Assembly: GCA_017886205.1 (NCBI GenBank)
Contig: JAFNEO010000009.1
Coordinates: forward strand, 71,747 to 135,746
Direction of reading: 5' to 3'
Length of the DNA stretch: 64,000 nt
Source: Candidatus Aminicenantes bacterium
Lineage (GTDB): Bacteria; Acidobacteriota; Aminicenantia; Aminicenantales; UBA8522
Shown: in pieces, positions 60,836 to 64,000 of the stretch
How positions within the stretch are numbered: position 1 is the first letter of the stretch
Layout of the letters: every line of letters starts with the position of its first letter
Notes under the pieces: generated by a model
Told to the model about the DNA's origin: nothing
Seen by the model: the letters and a program-made list of their open reading frames with translations, nothing else
Database searches by the model: none
Made by a program: the position numbers and the translations under genes

Positions 60836-60967
60836 TGCACCTCCTCGGGGAGTTTGATAGACTCTCCGTGGAAAATCTTTTTTCAGGAGGTGCACAGATA
60901 AATTATGTCGAAATTGACCATCATCATCAATACTCTCACATGACGTTGATGGATCAGGAAGGCCAGG
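60836..60967 (+). mobile_element. Degenerate IS110-family left end and transposase N-terminus
   Basis: AGGAGG, then ATA-NYVEIDHHHQYSHMTLMDQEGQ (compare M-x-YVGID-x-H). The SD lies inside the inverted repeat TGCACCTCCT/AGGAGGTGCA. Confidence 0.55.
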
Positions 60968-61674
60968 CGGACGAGAGAAGCTGTGGGACAATTGATCGAA
61001 AAGCGATATGGGGTGCATCTTTCGTTCTGGACGGTGGGGCGGTACTTGCGGGAGTGGGGTTTTACACCGCAGAAGCCGATACGGCAATGGTTGGAGGAGA
61101 AATATCCGGTGATCCGGGCCCTGGCCCGGAGGGATAAAGCGGAGATTTACTGGGGAGACGAGATGGGGCTCCGGTCGGATCATGCGACGGGGACGAGTTG
61201 GGGGTTGAAACGGCAAATGCCGGTGATCCCGGGGACGGGACAGCGGTTCGGCTGCAGCATGATTTCGGCGATCACGAACCGCGGCAAGTTGTATTTCACG
61301 GTTTTGAACAAGAAATTTCGGGCCCGGGTGTTCATCGATTTATTGAGACGATTGGAGCGGCAGGTGCCGCGCAGGATTTATTTCATCGTGGATCGTTATC
61401 CCGTCCACCGGGCGGGAGCGGTGAAGAAGTCGTTGGGAACGAAAGGACGACGGGTAAAATTGTTTTATCTTCCGGGGTACCGGCCGGACTTGAATCAGGA
61501 CGTCAAAAGCAACGCGGAGGGCCGCCGGCCTCCCGACGCAGAAACGATGCGGAAAGACATCTCCGGCTATCTTCGCGGTCGTCAACGCCGACCGCAAATT
61601 GTGATGAACTACTTCAAGCACGAGAGCGTTCTTCATGCCTCTTGAATGCCATTAATTTATCGCTTTCCGTAATA
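60968..61674 (+). mobile_element. IS630-family transposase pseudogene
   Basis: VGRYLREWGFTPQKP, IYWGDEMG, ISAITNRG, IVD, FYLPGYRPDLN and QDVK motifs; lacks the N-terminus and the third catalytic residue. Confidence 0.85.
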
Positions 61675-62623
61675 ATAGGACATAAAAAAGGCAAAAATAA
61701 AAGAATAGTGTTTCATGTATTGTATTCTTTTTGATTCTATTTCTCAAACAAAATCTTATGATTTTTTTTGAAACAACAATCTTTTGAGTTTTTTCATCTA
61801 TTATAATGAACGGTCTTGCATTATTAATTTTTCGAAAATAATCAAAGACAATTATATTATTCAATAAAATGGTACTCCCTTTTTTCAATTCGCTGAAAAT
61901 TAAAAATATTTTTTTATAGTATGGTTTCCTTGTCAAATGAGAACCAGAAACATTTGTTTCATGCTGCCTATAAAACATTAATATTTTATTTAGATAAAAT
62001 ATTTCGCCATGCCAAGAAGCATTTAAGGCTATCCAGTAATCATAATTTTCACAAATCACATATTTTTCTAAGACTTTTTTGATTAACAGCCTGTTAACTA
62101 TAGTTGTACATCCGTAAATATTATTTTGAAAAATGAGATTATTAAAGGTTGTCTGCTTGTCCATTTTATCAACATTATCGCGATTATTGTTTATTGACAT
62201 CGGGTTTAAATTTTGATCGGCTAATTGATAATTTGAGTGAACAAGAATGGGCTTATCAATTGTTTCAACTTCGTAAGTTTTAATAGTATGCAACAATATT
62301 TCTATTTTATCTTTAAACCAAAAATCGTCTTGATCTGAGTATAAAACATAGTCAGGATCATACTGTTCATTTGCATATTCAGTTAATCTATAAAAATTTC
62401 TAAAAGCACCCAGATTCTCACCATCATCACACATTACCTCAATTCTATCATCACGCGATGAGAAATATCTTAGTATTTTCATTGTATTATCACTTGAACC
62501 ATCATCACGGATTATCAGCTTCCAATCATCGTAAGTCTGGTTAATAAAACTTTCAACTTGCTGTTCAATATATTTTTCACCATTATATGACGCAAGGAGT
62601 ATGCAAACTTTTGTATTTTTCAT
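61652..62623 (-). CDS. GT2 glycosyltransferase (rhamnosyltransferase-like)
   Basis: YNGEKYI, IRDDGSSD, SDQDD, GCT and YRQH motifs; strongly AT-rich. Confidence 0.9.
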   Translation of the reverse strand: MKNTKVCILLASYNGEKYIEQQVESFINQTYDDWKLIIRDDGSSDNTMKILRYFSSRDDRIEVMCDDGENLGAFRNFYRLTEYANEQYDPDYVLYSDQDDFWFKDKIEILLHTIKTYEVETIDKPILVHSNYQLADQNLNPMSINNNRDNVDKMDKQTTFNNLIFQNNIYGCTTIVNRLLIKKVLEKYVICENYDYWIALNASWHGEIFYLNKILMFYRQHETNVSGSHLTRKPYYKKIFLIFSELKKGSTILLNNIIVFDYFRKINNARPFIIIDEKTQKIVVSKKIIRFCLRNRIKKNTIHETLFFYFCLFYVLLLRKAIN

Positions 62624-62643
62624 TTCAATCTATTGATTGGCAA

Positions 62644-62943
62644 TTAATCAAGCGATGTCGCTCGCAAGAAACGCCCAAAGCGAGTGAGTCGATCAGTATC
62701 GGATAACAGATTGCCCTGCGAGCCGCGTGCATCCGTCATGGTACGGAATTTGTAAATTGTAAACGGTTTGCCGTGCCGCCTTGGCCTCTGCTGGCGGAAC
62801 AGCACAGGCGCGCGGAGCCGCATGCGCACCAGCACCGCCGTCACTAACATAACCGGCGACAAAACCACCAGCGCCGGGATTGTCAACACTAGGTCCATCG
62901 CCCGCTTACCGCTGCGACTATACCAGCCCTTGCGAATCATCAT
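62644..62943 (-). pseudogene. Truncated phosphoglycosyltransferase
   Basis: KRAMD, KFRTM and LRATSLD followed by TAA TTG CCA; the expected ELP is interrupted. Confidence 0.8.
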
Positions 62944-63140
62944 ATTTTCCCCATACGGTGCGTGTAGCCCAGCACAATATTTCGCACTATCCGAGCCATA
63001 TTGCGCATGATCACATTGAGCCTATTGACTATGCAGCATTCTTCCTGCACCGTGCCGCTGTCACTAAATACAAAGTCGTTGATACGAGACTCCTGGAGCC
63101 AGGAGTATTGGGAAAAAATGAGTGTCTTCATGAATGACAA
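62940..63140 (-). pseudogene. Probable chimeric remnant (GT4-like N-terminus joined to other sequence)
   Basis: MKTLIFSQYSWLQESRINDFV resembles the GT4 start M-x-I-L-x-x-SQYFWPE-x-x-RINDL; 66 aa only. Confidence 0.4.
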
Positions 63141-63143
63141 AAG

Positions 63144-64000
63144 TTACCACGTATAGTGGCGATACCAGTTGCGGTGCTTGTTCATAAAGTTCCGCAACTC
63201 GGTTAGCATAGCAAGGTAACTCGACGGAAGAAAAAACGGTAGATCTGTACGGCGTGAAACCATGCTTTTGTCTGAAGTATAGGTGTCATCGGGAAGAATC
63301 CGGACTTGGCCATGGCTCCAGACTTTTTGGCATATTACTAGCAGGTCAAATTTCGTAATTTTCTCGCTTGTCGTCACATTGACCAGTCCTGAAACTCCAT
63401 GGCAGATGCAATGATTCGCAACCTTGGCTAGTTCAAGTGTGGTCACTCCAGACCAGTAGGCTTTTGAATATCCTTTTATCGTTCCCTTTTGCATCAAAAA
63501 CCAATGAAGAAGTCCAGTTCCGTCCCGTTTCAACTCCGGGCCAATGATCGACGTTCGTAAGGTCAAATCCACGTCGTTGATCACCTCCCCAAGCGCTTTA
63601 GTCCGCGCATAGGGAGTATCGCCATCCCGAAAATCGTCCTCCGAATACCCGCCACAATCCCCGGAGAACACGCAATCAGTGCTGATATGGATCAACTTAA
63701 AGCCGCATTCCCGGCCCAGCCGCGAAAGGAAATGCGGGAGAAAGCTATTGATCAGGATCGCCCGATCCACCCGATCTTGTGACGCCTGAACCAGCATGCC
63801 GACGCAGTTAACCACAACATCAGGTCGGCTGTCACGCAGGACATCTTCGACTTTGACAAAATCGGTCACGTCCAAAATGATAATGCCCGGCGCGCCCGTT
63901 ATGTCCGCAAGGATGATCTCGTATTCCGGTCTCTGCGACAAGTATTCGGCCATGACATGTCCAGCCATACCCCGGGCGCCCAGGATCAGAATCTTCTTCA
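63144..64000 (-). CDS. RmlD-like SDR (dTDP-4-dehydrorhamnose reductase family); start at the window edge
   Basis: (M)KKILILGARGMAGH, NCVG, HISTDCVFSG, YARTK and RTSIIG motifs. Confidence 0.88.
   Translation of the reverse strand, partial: KKILILGARGMAGHVMAEYLSQRPEYEIILADITGAPGIIILDVTDFVKVEDVLRDSRPDVVVNCVGMLVQASQDRVDRAILINSFLPHFLSRLGRECGFKLIHISTDCVFSGDCGGYSEDDFRDGDTPYARTKALGEVINDVDLTLRTSIIGPELKRDGTGLLHWFLMQKGTIKGYSKAYWSGVTTLELAKVANHCICHGVSGLVNVTTSEKITKFDLLVICQKVWSHGQVRILPDDTYTSDKSMVSRRTDLPFFLPSSYLAMLTELRNFMNKHRNWYRHYTW

Overview
GC-rich bacterial chromosomal segment. The gene content (zinc-ribbon/kinase/TPR Ser/Thr kinase, S46 and M24 peptidases, split ATP synthase operon, lpxD) suggests a diderm amino-acid degrader such as Ca. 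Aminicenantes/Acidobacteriota; this is inference. Housekeeping blocks: valS-birA-coaX-hyp-rnr; tRNA-Val-thrS-infC-rpmI-rplT-pheST-zapB-zapA-rny-ymdB-xseAB-ispA-dxs-tlyA-nadK; glgA-trxA-trxB; and atpZ-atpI-atpB-atpE-yihY-lpxD. Accessory genes include peptidases, a transglutaminase-like pair, a RelE-type TA module, a Moco oxidoreductase and an arginine-catabolism operon. From about 53.8 kb there is a mosaic surface-glycan locus with IS remnants and pseudogenes. The most interesting observations are: (1) a GTPase-less SelB-like protein (domain III plus winged helices, SECIS-binding motif intact) coupled to RNase R; (2) an unannotated 50-aa basic ORF with an ArfA/ArfT-like H-x-x-KKG-x-x-x-Y-x-RK motif; (3) an arcE-like/arcC/argF operon without arcA, coupled to a 679-aa unknown protein; (4) an active plus pseudo-enzyme transglutaminase pair. 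No CRISPR array or rRNA was seen. All family calls come from motifs read by eye; no database searches were run.
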